A stretch of 64,000 bases of DNA, from contig CAVPTG010000007.1 of assembly GCA_963708605.1 (NCBI GenBank), positions 193,988 through 257,987 on the forward strand, read 5' to 3'. The stretch is from Candidatus Dormiibacterota bacterium. GTDB taxonomy: Bacteria; Chloroflexota; Dormibacteria; Aeolococcales; Aeolococcaceae. A program made the translations under genes and the position numbers. The notes below the pieces were generated by a model. It saw only the letters and a list, made by a program, of their open reading frames with translations. It was not told where the DNA came from and did no database searches. Below, in pieces: positions 54,730-63,412 of the stretch. How positions within the stretch are numbered: position 1 is the stretch's first letter; each line of letters begins with the position of its first letter.

Positions 54730-57215
54730 AGTTCTCGCTCCGCTGGCTGCGCGACTACGCAACCCTCGACGCGCCGGTCGCCACGATTGTGAAGGCGCTC
54801 GTCGACACGGGAACCGAGGTGGGTGCCGTCGACGTCGGCGGCGAGGATCTCGTGGTCGCGCGGATCGTTGCGGTCGGCGCGGTGCCCGGGTCGTCCCACC
54901 TCCAGTTCGCCGACCTCGATCTCGGAACGGCCGTCCCCCCGGCGCTGGCCGCGTTCAGCGTCGTTCCCGGGACGGTCCGGGTGCTGACCGGTGCGCCCAA
55001 CGTCAAGGCGGGCGATCTGGTGCCGTATGCCCCGCCGGGGACCCGACCACCCGCGATGGACGAGCGGCTGGGGGTGAAAACCATTCGCGGTCACAAATCG
55101 CCCGGGATGCTCTGCTCGGCGGTGGAGCTCGGGGTGGGGGAGGACGCCGGCGGAATCCTCATCCTCGACCAAGGCCGGCCCGGACAGCCGCTCGCCGAGG
55201 TGCTGACCCTCGACACCGTGCTCGACCTGGACATCACCACCAACCGGCCTGACTGCCTCTGCCACGTCGGCATCGCGCGCGAGCTGGCGGCCGCGCTTGG
55301 GGAGGCGCTCAACGAGCCACCGGCGTCGATCCCCGGGGAGCTCGTGTCGGCGACGTCGGCCGAGCTGCGCGCCCAGGTTCGCGTCGAGGACCCGGAGGGA
55401 TGTCCGCGCTTCGATGCCCGCGTGATAGAAGGCATCGTTGTGGGCCCGTCCCCGGGATGGCTCCGCCAGCGGCTCCGGGCCGTCGGCCTGCGACCGATCA
55501 ACAACGTGGTGGACATCACCAACTTCGTGCTGCATGAGCTGGGTCAGCCGCTCCATGCGTTCGACCTCGACCGGTTGGTGGAGGTGGGAGGCGGGAAGAC
55601 CGCCGACGTGGTGGTGCGCAGGGCGCGCGCCGGCGAGCACGTCGTCGATCTCATCGGCACCGATCGAACGCTCTCCGACCAGGACATGGTGGTGTGCAGC
55701 GGCGAGACCCCGGTCAGCATCGCCGGCGTCATCGGCGGCAGCTCGACCGCGGTGAGCGACGGAACCAGGGCGGTGCTGCTGGAGGCCGCATCCTGGGACG
55801 GCCCGACCATCCGGGCGACATCCAGGCGGCTCGGTCTTCGGACCGACGCATCCACGCTCTTCGAGAAGGGGTTGAGCGATCGCCTTCCGCCGGTCGCGCT
55901 GGAACGCGCGGCGGCGTTGATCGCCGAGCTCTCGGGTGGCCACGTTCTCGGCGGAGGGATCGATCAGTGGCCGCGACCCCTGCCCGAGCTTGGCCCGATC
56001 CAGCTGACGGCGCGCTTCACGGGCGACCTGCTCGGGATTCCGGTCGACGCGACCGAGATAGCGACGACGCTCGCCCAGCTGGGGTTCGCGGTCGAGCAGG
56101 ATGGCGCCAGCCTCACGGTCATGCCTCCGTATTTCCGGCGGGACGTGTCGCTGCCCGAGGACCTCGTCGAAGAGGTCGGTCGCATGCTGGGATACTCGCG
56201 GATCCCCAGCACCCTCCCCGGCCGGCGGGTCGAGCTCACCAGGACCGCGTCGCATCCACCCGTGGAGGACGGCGTTCGCGACGTCTGCGTCGGCGCCGGC
56301 TTCGACGAGGCGATCACGCTCGCTTTCGTCGGGCCGGGCGAGGCCGCGACGCTGCCCGGTCTCGGTCGCGCTCGCATTCCGATCCCGCTGCGCAACCCAC
56401 TGAGCGAAGAGTGGAGCGTCATGCGAACCTCGCAACTCCCACGCCTGTGCGCGGCGCTTGCCGCCAACGTCAACCGAGGCACCGCCGACGTCATGCTCTT
56501 CGAGCTGGGCCGTGTCTTCTGGGAGGGCGAGCGGGTCGGGCTGGCGCCGGGTTCGACCGCCGACAACGCGGACCTGGAGCTGCCACCGCTGCCACTCGAG
56601 CCACTGCTCCTCACCCTTGCCGTCCACGTGTCGAGCGGGTCGGCCGACGACTCGGCGCAGGCGCTCCGGAGGGTGCAGGCGGTCTTCCAGCGCATCACCG
56701 AGGACCTCGGCGGGGAGCAGCTTCGCGCCGAACCCTCGGACGAACGAGGTCTCCACCCGGGTCGGAACGCAGCGCTCTCGGTCGCCGGCGATGCGGTGGG
56801 AATCGTGGGCGAGCTCTCCTTCGAGACGGCCGCCGCGCTCGACATCCGGGGCCGGGTTGCGGTTGGCGAACTGCGTATCGACGCCATCGCTCCATCGCCG
56901 CCACGTGTGCTGCGATACGCGCCCCCACCGCGCTTCCCCGCAATCGTCCAGGACCTCGCGGTCACCGTCCCGGTCGACCGCCGCGCCGGGGACGCGCTGG
57001 CGGCGATTCACGAAGCGAACGAACCGCTGCTCGAGCACGTGGAGCTGTACGACGAGTATCGCGGCCGCGGCCTCCCAGACGGCAGAAAGGGCTGGACGTT
57101 CCGGCTCACGTTCCGGGCTCCAGATCGAACCCTGACCGGGGACGAAGCCCAGCGGGCGCAGGACGCGATCGCGATGGCGCTCACGCGGCGATGCGACGCG
57201 GAGATCCGCCGGTAG
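54726..57215 (+). CDS. pheT: phenylalanyl-tRNA synthetase beta subunit
   Basis: GTG 54726 (inside track ORF 54405..57215) overlaps the pheS stop. '[15 protein letters not shown]', a tRNA-binding domain, B3/4 'ITTNRPDCL', B5, and a C-terminal FDX-ACB 'DVTFRLTFRAPDRTLT'. Confidence 0.95.
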   Translation: MKFSLRWLRDYATLDAPVATIVKALVDTGTEVGAVDVGGEDLVVARIVAVGAVPGSSHLQFADLDLGTAVPPALAAFSVVPGTVRVLTGAPNVKAGDLVPYAPPGTRPPAMDERLGVKTIRGHKSPGMLCSAVELGVGEDAGGILILDQGRPGQPLAEVLTLDTVLDLDITTNRPDCLCHVGIARELAAALGEALNEPPASIPGELVSATSAELRAQVRVEDPEGCPRFDARVIEGIVVGPSPGWLRQRLRAVGLRPINNVVDITNFVLHELGQPLHAFDLDRLVEVGGGKTADVVVRRARAGEHVVDLIGTDRTLSDQDMVVCSGETPVSIAGVIGGSSTAVSDGTRAVLLEAASWDGPTIRATSRRLGLRTDASTLFEKGLSDRLPPVALERAAALIAELSGGHVLGGGIDQWPRPLPELGPIQLTARFTGDLLGIPVDATEIATTLAQLGFAVEQDGASLTVMPPYFRRDVSLPEDLVEEVGRMLGYSRIPSTLPGRRVELTRTASHPPVEDGVRDVCVGAGFDEAITLAFVGPGEAATLPGLGRARIPIPLRNPLSEEWSVMRTSQLPRLCAALAANVNRGTADVMLFELGRVFWEGERVGLAPGSTADNADLELPPLPLEPLLLTLAVHVSSGSADDSAQALRRVQAVFQRITEDLGGEQLRAEPSDERGLHPGRNAALSVAGDAVGIVGELSFETAAALDIRGRVAVGELRIDAIAPSPPRVLRYAPPPRFPAIVQDLAVTVPVDRRAGDALAAIHEANEPLLEHVELYDEYRGRGLPDGRKGWTFRLTFRAPDRTLTGDEAQRAQDAIAMALTRRCDAEIRR

Positions 57216-57850
57216 CCGGGCCACCGCGCGAGTGGTTCGCTCGGGCGACCGAGCAGGTCGCCCGCGACCTGATCGGCTGCGCGCTCCTGGTCGATGCAGG
57301 ATCGCCGGAGGCGGTGGTCGCGCGCATCGTTGAGACCGAAGCGTACCTGGGGACCAGCGACCCTGCGTCGCATGCCTACCGAGGGCCGACGCCACGATCC
57401 CGTGTCATGTTCGGGCCGGCCGCACACCTCTACGTCTACTTCACCTATGGCATGCACCACTGCGCCAACGTGGTCACCGAGACCGATGGCATCGCCGGCG
57501 CGGTGCTCCTTCGCGCAGCGTCGGTGGAGCAGGGGCTGGAGCTGGTGATCGCCCGGCGCGGCGACGCCATCACTCCGGCGGAACTGCTCCGCGGTCCCGG
57601 AAACCTCTGCCGCGGTCTCGGACTGACCCGTGCCGACGACGGTATCGACCTTCTCGATCCGGAGTCCCGGGTCGCTATCGAACGCCGTCCTGGATCGCCC
57701 CCGATCGCCGTCAGCACGCGCATCGGGCTCCGCCATGCTGCCGACCGCCTGCTGCGGTTCAGCTGGCTCGGCGATCCAGCGGTGTCGCGACCCGTTCCTC
57801 GCGAGCCGGTCGAGGCTCCTGTGAGTGGACAGAGGAAGGGGCCGGACTGA
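57191..57850 (+). CDS. mpg: DNA-3-methyladenine glycosylase (Mpg/AAG family)
   Basis: ATG 57191 inside track ORF 55694..57850. 'VARDLIGCALL', 'IVETEAYLGTSDPASHAYRGPTPR', 'MFGPAAHLYVYFTYGMHHCANVV' and 'GPGNLCRGLG'. Overlaps the pheT end by 25 nt. Confidence 0.85.
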   Translation: MRRGDPPVAGPPREWFARATEQVARDLIGCALLVDAGSPEAVVARIVETEAYLGTSDPASHAYRGPTPRSRVMFGPAAHLYVYFTYGMHHCANVVTETDGIAGAVLLRAASVEQGLELVIARRGDAITPAELLRGPGNLCRGLGLTRADDGIDLLDPESRVAIERRPGSPPIAVSTRIGLRHAADRLLRFSWLGDPAVSRPVPREPVEAPVSGQRKGPD

Positions 57851-57862
57851 GCCGGCCCCTTT
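57837..57862 (+). terminator. possible intrinsic terminator at the end of mpg
   Basis: 9-bp stem aggggccgg / ccggcccct (57837-57845 and 57852-57860) with the mpg stop codon in the loop, then 'tt'. The T-tract is weak. Confidence 0.45.
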
Positions 57863-58268
57863 GATGAATGCACCGTATTGATACGGCAGCCCGGTAAAAA
57901 TTCCCGGGCCTCTTTATGGCACCGCAACCGGTGCCGGGTTCGGGGTAACGCCCGGTAGGAAACTCCCAGCCCACACAACGCGCACTTGCCCGCTTCCGGG
58001 CCGACCCGGGGGACGCCGATTGCCCAGCGACCTCGACAGGGGCGCCAAGGTTGTGTGTCAGGGGCCCGTCAACCGGGCCTCAACCCTCCGCTCGGCCGTG
58101 CCGGAAACGCTGCCAGACGGTACGCAACATTGGGATGGCTACCTCCGTCTGATTGCCGATGCTACCCCCAACGATAGACCTGTACGCCGCCGACGGCAAG
58201 GTCCGCGAGGCCTAGACTGGGTTCCGGGCTGCGCTAGAATCGGAACGCCTGTTCGTCTCGGAGGATCA

Positions 58269-59027
58269 ATGTCCGGTCACAGCAAGTGGGCTGGAATCAA
58301 GCACAAGAAGGCCATCGTCGATGCTCGTCGCGGCCAGGTGTTCACCAAGGTCACGCGTGAGCTGACGGTCGCCGCGCGCGAGGGCGGCCCTGACGTCGAA
58401 GGCAATTTCCGTCTGCGCCTTGCAATGCAGAAGGCGCGCGAGGTGAACATGCCCGCCGACAACATCGAGCGTGCAATCCAGCGCGGCGCCGGCGGCAAGG
58501 ACGGCGTGCAGCTGGAGGAGGTTCGCTACGAGGGCTACGGTCCCCATGGCGTCGCGGTGATGGTCGACACGCTCACCGACAACCGCAACCGCACGGTCGC
58601 GGGCATTCGCAACGCCTTCACGCGGTCGGGGGGCGCGCTCGGCGAGGCGAACAGCGTCGCCTGGATGTTCAACCAGCAGGGAGTGATCTCGGTGGAGGCC
58701 GGCACGCGCGACCCCGAGGAGCTGGCGCTCGAACTGCTCGACGTGGTCGATGTCGGCGAGGACGGCGATGTCGGCGTGGAGGGCGACGAGGTGGTCGTCA
58801 CCGTGGCGCCGTCTCGTTTCGAAGAGGTGCGACGCACGCTGGAGGACCGAGGCTATCCGGTGGACTCGGCGGAGGTGACCATGAACCCCACCACGTCGGT
58901 GCCGCTCGATGCGTCGCAGGCCCGTCAGGTGCTGCGTCTTCTCGACGGTCTCGAGGAGCACGACGACGTCCAGCAGGTGTACGCCAACGCCGAGATACCG
59001 GACGACGTCCTTGACGCCGTCAGCTGA
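58269..59027 (+). CDS. yebC: YebC/PmpR-family DNA-binding regulator
   Basis: ATG 58269 (inside track ORF 58020..59027) lies 4 nt after GGAGGA. 'MSGHSKWAGIKHKKAIVDARRGQVFTK' and 'YEGYGPHGVAVMV'. Confidence 0.95.
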   Translation: MSGHSKWAGIKHKKAIVDARRGQVFTKVTRELTVAAREGGPDVEGNFRLRLAMQKAREVNMPADNIERAIQRGAGGKDGVQLEEVRYEGYGPHGVAVMVDTLTDNRNRTVAGIRNAFTRSGGALGEANSVAWMFNQQGVISVEAGTRDPEELALELLDVVDVGEDGDVGVEGDEVVVTVAPSRFEEVRRTLEDRGYPVDSAEVTMNPTTSVPLDASQARQVLRLLDGLEEHDDVQQVYANAEIPDDVLDAVS

Positions 59028-59048
59028 CCGATACGCCGTCCTGTGCGG

Positions 59049-59615
59049 ATGAGAGTTCTGGGCGTCGACCCCGGGCTCGCGCGCACTGGCGTCGCCGTCG
59101 TCGAGGGCACGCCGGGACACCTGGTGCTCATCCACGCGGCCTGCATCGAAACCGTCCCGCAGACCAGCGAGGCGGCGCGCCTTGCGATCCTCTTCGAGCT
59201 GGTGGTCGATGCGTGCACATCGCTGCGACCAGAGGTCGCAGCCGTCGAGGAGCTGTTCTTCTCGACCAACCGGCGCACCGCGATGCGGGTGAGCGAAGCC
59301 CGCGGCGTGGTGCTCTGCGCGCTCGCTCGCGAAGGTGTCGCCATCGCCGAGTACACCCCGACGCAGGTGAAGGAAGCCGTGTGCGGCTACGGCGCGGCGC
59401 GCAAGCCGCAGGTTGCGCGCATGGTCGCCAATCTGCTTGGCGTGCCTGACATTCCCGGCCACGACGACGTCGCCGACGCATGCGCGGTCGCCGTGTGCCA
59501 CCACCATCGCGGACGTCTCGCTGCAGTCACCCGTCGAGCGCGAGAGCACCACGAGAGCGCGCTCGACGTCGCGGTGAGCCGAGCGCGTGCAGCACTCGTG
59601 CGCAGCACCCCATGA
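59049..59615 (+). CDS. ruvC: crossover junction endodeoxyribonuclease RuvC
   Basis: 'MRVLGVDPGLARTGVAVVE', 'VEELFFSTNRRTAMRVSEARGV' and 'HDDVADACAVAVCH'. An alternative GTG start lies at 59043. Confidence 0.9.
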   Translation: MRVLGVDPGLARTGVAVVEGTPGHLVLIHAACIETVPQTSEAARLAILFELVVDACTSLRPEVAAVEELFFSTNRRTAMRVSEARGVVLCALAREGVAIAEYTPTQVKEAVCGYGAARKPQVARMVANLLGVPDIPGHDDVADACAVAVCHHHRGRLAAVTRRAREHHESALDVAVSRARAALVRSTP

Positions 59616-60226
59616 TCGCGCTCTTGCGCGGCGGGCTCGTCCAGCTCGGCGAGGACCACGTCGTCATCGACACAGGCGGTGTCGGGTATGAGGTCTTCTG
59701 CCATCTGCGCACCATCGCCACGTTGCACACGTCGCGCGAGCAGGAGGTGACGCTCTACGTGCACACCAGCGTCAGCGCAGACGCGATCCGTCTCTACGGC
59801 TTTGCCACCCACGATGAGCTGCGCCTGTTTCGCCTCCTCATCGGCGTCGAACGCATCGGCCCGAAGGCGGCGCTCGGGATCCTCGGACGGGCGGAGCTCC
59901 CCACGCTGGTGCGTGCCATCGCCGAGGGAGATGTCGCATTGGTCGCCACCGTGCCCGGGATCGGCCGCAAGACCGCCGAGCGCGTGATCCTCGAGTTGCG
60001 CGACAAGGTCACCGCTCTCGAACCGCCCGGGACCCAGCACCCCGCCGCTACCGGTGAGAGCCAGGCCGTCGCCGCGGCGATCGCCGGGCTCGTCGGCCTC
60101 GGATTCCGAGAATCTGAGGCGCGCAACGCGGTGGCGGCCATCGCCGTCGACCGCGACGGGCACGACGTTGCCGACCTGGTCGGCGCTGCGCTGCGCCGGC
60201 TCGACACCGCAGGTGCCGCGAGATGA
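59612..60226 (+). CDS. ruvA: Holliday junction DNA helicase RuvA
   Basis: ATG 59612 (inside track ORF 59480..60226) overlaps the ruvC stop. 'MIALLRGGLV', 'GGVGYEV', 'LYGFATHDELRLFRLLIGVERIGPKAAL' and 'VPGIGRKTAERVILEL'. Confidence 0.9.
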   Translation: MIALLRGGLVQLGEDHVVIDTGGVGYEVFCHLRTIATLHTSREQEVTLYVHTSVSADAIRLYGFATHDELRLFRLLIGVERIGPKAALGILGRAELPTLVRAIAEGDVALVATVPGIGRKTAERVILELRDKVTALEPPGTQHPAATGESQAVAAAIAGLVGLGFRESEARNAVAAIAVDRDGHDVADLVGAALRRLDTAGAAR

Positions 60227-61269
60227 CCGACGAGCGCGTCGTCAGCCCCGAGGAACTGGAGGCGGAGCGAGTCGCCGACACGGCGCTGCGACCTCGGTCG
60301 CTCGACGACTTCGTCGGTCAGGACGCCATCAAGAACCAGGTCCGCATCCTCGTCGAGGCCGCACGCCAGCGCGGCGACGCGCTCGATCACGTGCTCCTCT
60401 ACGGCCCGCCCGGCCTCGGCAAGACGACCCTGGCCCAGATCATCGCCGTGGAGATGGGCGTGAACATCCGGCTCACCAGCGGGCCGGCGCTCGAGCACCA
60501 GGGCATGCTCGCCTCGATCCTCACCAGCCTCGAGGAGCGCGACGTCTTCTTCATCGACGAGGTGCACCGCCTGAACCGCGCGGTGGAGGAGGCGCTCTAC
60601 CCGGCGATGGAGGACCTCGCCTTCGATTTCGTCGCGGGCAAGGGCGCAGGAGCGCAGACACTGCGGCTCACGCTCAACCGCTTCACGGTGATCGGCGCGA
60701 CCACGCGAGCCGGCGCGCTGGGCGCGCCGCTTCGAGACCGCTTCGGGGTCACGTTCCGCCTCGATTTCTACGACGTCGACGACCTGGTGGCCATCGCCAA
60801 CCGGTCGGCGCGCCTGCTCGGCATCGACCTGGATGCGGAAGGTGCGGCGATGATCGCGAGGCGATCTCGAGGGACGCCGCGGATCGTCAACCGGCTGCTC
60901 CGCCGTGCTCGCGACTACGCTCAGGTTCGAGCCGCGGGGCGCATCGACGTCGAGGTTGCCACGGCCGCGCTCGACGTCCTCGGCGTCGACTCGATCGGCC
61001 TGGACGAGCTCGATCGCCGCGTGCTCGGCGTCCTCTGCGGAACGCTCGGCGGTCACGCGGTTGGCGTGCAGACCATCGCGGTGAGCGTCCAGGAGGACCC
61101 GGATACCATCGAGGACGTGGTCGAGCCCTTCCTCATCCGGCGCGGCCTGCTGGCCCGGACCCTGCGCGGCCGTCTCGCAACCGCGGCCGCGTATCAGCAT
61201 CTCGGCCTGTCCGTTCCAGCCGGCGCTCATGGGTCGGCAGAGGCGCAGACCGCCCTCTTCGAGCGTTGA
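60223..61269 (+). CDS. ruvB: Holliday junction DNA helicase RuvB
   Basis: 348 aa with 'LRPRSLDDFVGQ', Walker A 'GPPGLGKTTLA', 'FIDEVHRL' and 'RFGV'. Confidence 0.95.
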   Translation: MTDERVVSPEELEAERVADTALRPRSLDDFVGQDAIKNQVRILVEAARQRGDALDHVLLYGPPGLGKTTLAQIIAVEMGVNIRLTSGPALEHQGMLASILTSLEERDVFFIDEVHRLNRAVEEALYPAMEDLAFDFVAGKGAGAQTLRLTLNRFTVIGATTRAGALGAPLRDRFGVTFRLDFYDVDDLVAIANRSARLLGIDLDAEGAAMIARRSRGTPRIVNRLLRRARDYAQVRAAGRIDVEVATAALDVLGVDSIGLDELDRRVLGVLCGTLGGHAVGVQTIAVSVQEDPDTIEDVVEPFLIRRGLLARTLRGRLATAAAYQHLGLSVPAGAHGSAEAQTALFER

Positions 61270-62294
61270 GGTCGTCCGACTTCGACTATCCACTCCCGGC
61301 GGAGCGGATCGCGCAGGAGCCCCTTGCCGAGCGCGACGCGTCGCGGCTGCTCCACCTGCGTCCCGAGGGCGGCCTGGAGGATCGCCGGTTCGTTGAGCTG
61401 CCCGAGCTGCTGCGCGAAGGGGACCTCCTGGTCGTCAATGAGACCCGGGTGCGGCGCGCGAGGCTCACCGGCATCGACCAGTCGGGGCAGGCGATGGAGC
61501 TGCTGGTTCTGGCACGTGAGCCGGGCGGCGAGTACCAATGTCTCGCGCGGCCTGCCCGCCTGGCGACGCCCGGAGCCGTGATCAGCATCGGCCCCGACCT
61601 CAAGGCCACCGTGACCGGGGTCTCGGCGATGCATCGGGGCGGACGCACGGTCACCTTCGACAGCGACGACCCCGACGTCGCGATCGAGCGAGCGGGGGTG
61701 GCGCCGCTCCCCCCATACATCCATACCGACCTGCACGACCCCGAGCGCTACCAGACCACCTACGCCACCGGTGACCCGGACTCAGCCGCCGCGCCGACGG
61801 CGGGCCTGCATTTCACCGAAGCTGTGATCGATCGGCTGCGCCTCGCAGGCATCGGATGGGCCACGCTCCGGCTCGACGTCGGGCTGGCGACCTTCGCGCC
61901 GATTCGCGCCGAGCGTATCGAGGACCACCCGATGCACGAGGAGCGATACATGCTCCCGGACGTCACGGTGCGCGCGATCGATGTGACGCGTCGTGATGGC
62001 GGCCGCGTGGTCGCGGTCGGGACCACCGTGGTCCGGGTGCTCGAGACGTGCGCGCGCGACGGGCAGCTCCGCCCCGAGTTCGGCTCAACCAGGTTGTTCA
62101 TCCGCCCCGGCCACACGTTTCGCGCCGTCGACGGTCTGCTGACCAACTTTCATCAACCGCGCTCCTCGCTGCTGGTGCTGCTGGCGGCGTTCGTCGGCGA
62201 CCAACGCTGGCGGGATGCCTACGCGCACGCGCTCGACGCGCGATATCGGTTCCTGTCGCTCGGTGATTGCATGCTCTGCTGGCGCGCGCAGTGA
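61266..62294 (+). CDS. queA: S-adenosylmethionine:tRNA ribosyltransferase-isomerase
   Basis: Homology starts at '(L)RSSDFDYPLPAERIAQEP' inside track ORF 60054..62294. TTG 61266 overlaps the ruvB stop (TTGA), and no ATG/GTG is available nearby. 'VVNETRV', 'PLPPYI', 'AAPTAGLHF' and 'VGTTVVR'. Confidence 0.85.
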   Translation: MRSSDFDYPLPAERIAQEPLAERDASRLLHLRPEGGLEDRRFVELPELLREGDLLVVNETRVRRARLTGIDQSGQAMELLVLAREPGGEYQCLARPARLATPGAVISIGPDLKATVTGVSAMHRGGRTVTFDSDDPDVAIERAGVAPLPPYIHTDLHDPERYQTTYATGDPDSAAAPTAGLHFTEAVIDRLRLAGIGWATLRLDVGLATFAPIRAERIEDHPMHEERYMLPDVTVRAIDVTRRDGGRVVAVGTTVVRVLETCARDGQLRPEFGSTRLFIRPGHTFRAVDGLLTNFHQPRSSLLVLLAAFVGDQRWRDAYAHALDARYRFLSLGDCMLCWRAQ

Positions 62295-63400
62295 GCGCGT
62301 TCGTGATCGATGGATGCGACGCGGCGGCGCGCACCGGAACGCTGACGACGGCGCACGGCGCGGTGCGCACCCCGGCGTTCATGCCGGTCGGAACCCATGC
62401 CACCGTGAAGGCGCTGCACCCCGATGAGGTGCGCGCCACCGGTGTCGACATCCTCCTCTGCAACGCCTATCACCTCGCGCTCCGCCCCGGTATCGACGTC
62501 GTCGAGCGCGCCGGCGGCCTGCATCGCTTCATGGGGTGGGACCACCCGATCCTCACCGACAGCGGCGGGTACCAGCTGGTCAGCCTGGTCGAGGTCGCCA
62601 CCGTCGATGATGACGGCGCCGTCTTCGTGTCGCCGTACGACGGTTCGCGGCTCCGGGTCACGCCCGAGGAGGCGGTGCGAAACCAGGCCCGGCTCGGGGC
62701 TGACGTGCTCATGTGCCTTGACCACCCGGTCGCGCACGGAACCGCACCCGAGGTCGCCCGCGACGCGACCGAGCGCACGCACCGGTGGGCGGAACGGTGC
62801 AGAGCGGCTCACCCGGGTGACGGCCGCCTTCTCTTCGGCATCGTCCAGGGGGGCTTCGACGCGGAGGCGCGCGCCTTCTCGGCGCGATTCATATCCGGGC
62901 TCGATTTCGACGGCGTGGCGATCGGAGGCCTGTCGGTGGGGGAGCCGGTCGAGACCATGCTGGCCATGACCGCGGCGAGCGTCGCCGAGCTGGCCGCCGA
63001 CCGTCCCCGCTACTTCATGGGGCTCGGGACCGATGCCGAGCTGCTCGCCGCGGTGGGGCTCGGGGTGGACATGTTCGACTGCGTCGTCCCCACGCGACTG
63101 GCGCGCAACGGCAGCGCACTGACCCCGGACGGACGCCTGTCGCTGCGCAACGCCGCCGCGCGCGATGACTTCGGCCCGATCGACCCGGACTGCCCGTGTG
63201 CCGCATGCGCCGGCTTCTCGCGCGCCTACCTCCGCCACCTCTTCCAATCGGGCGAGATCCTTGCGCACCGCCTGGTGAGCGTGCACAACATCACCCATCT
63301 CGCCAGGCTGATGGACGGCGCCCGGGCGGCCATCCGGGAGGGGCGCTTCGCCGAGTTCCGGGCTGACCGGGATGGCCGGCTCCTCTCGATGCCCCGGTAG
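62291..63400 (+). CDS. tgt: tRNA-guanine transglycosylase
   Basis: GTG 62291 (inside track ORF 62267..63400) overlaps the queA stop. 'RTGTLTTAHGAVRTPAFMPVGT', 'ILTDSGGYQ', 'LFGIVQGG' and the zinc site 'CPCAAC...H'. Confidence 0.95.
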   Translation: MSAFVIDGCDAAARTGTLTTAHGAVRTPAFMPVGTHATVKALHPDEVRATGVDILLCNAYHLALRPGIDVVERAGGLHRFMGWDHPILTDSGGYQLVSLVEVATVDDDGAVFVSPYDGSRLRVTPEEAVRNQARLGADVLMCLDHPVAHGTAPEVARDATERTHRWAERCRAAHPGDGRLLFGIVQGGFDAEARAFSARFISGLDFDGVAIGGLSVGEPVETMLAMTAASVAELAADRPRYFMGLGTDAELLAAVGLGVDMFDCVVPTRLARNGSALTPDGRLSLRNAAARDDFGPIDPDCPCAACAGFSRAYLRHLFQSGEILAHRLVSVHNITHLARLMDGARAAIREGRFAEFRADRDGRLLSMPR

Positions 63401-63412
63401 ACTGGAGCACAG

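Noticed and set aside
55694-57190. Long plus-strand ORF (718 aa) upstream of and in frame with mpg
   Set aside because: Only the last 219 codons (from ATG 57191) resemble a 3-methyladenine glycosylase. The upstream part is an off-frame read through pheT with Arg/Gly/Pro-rich composition.
54657-57395. 912-aa minus-strand ORF (the longest in the track apart from dinG)
   Set aside because: It is entirely antisense to pheT, which has unambiguous homology. It has Arg-rich shadow-ORF composition. The same reasoning applies to 24150..25751(-), 29929..31983(-), 49625..51772(-), 59794..61293(-) and 62219..63631(-).
57862-58234. Tried to read the mpg-yebC spacer as RNase P RNA, tmRNA, SRP RNA or 6S RNA
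   Set aside because: It has superficial similarity ('ggtaacgcccgg', 'aaaattcccgggcc'). The invariant RNase P elements (GAGGAAAGUCCGGGC, ACAGAACCCGGCUUA) are absent on both strands, as are a tRNA-like T-loop (GGTTCGA) and the SRP GGAAG-type domain IV motif. It is kept only as an unexplained structured region.
58020-58268. N-terminal extension of yebC suggested by track ORF 58020..59027
   Set aside because: YebC homology starts exactly at 'MSGHSKWAGIKHKK' (ATG 58269) with GGAGGA 4 nt upstream. The extension has no homology and includes the TAGAAT box.
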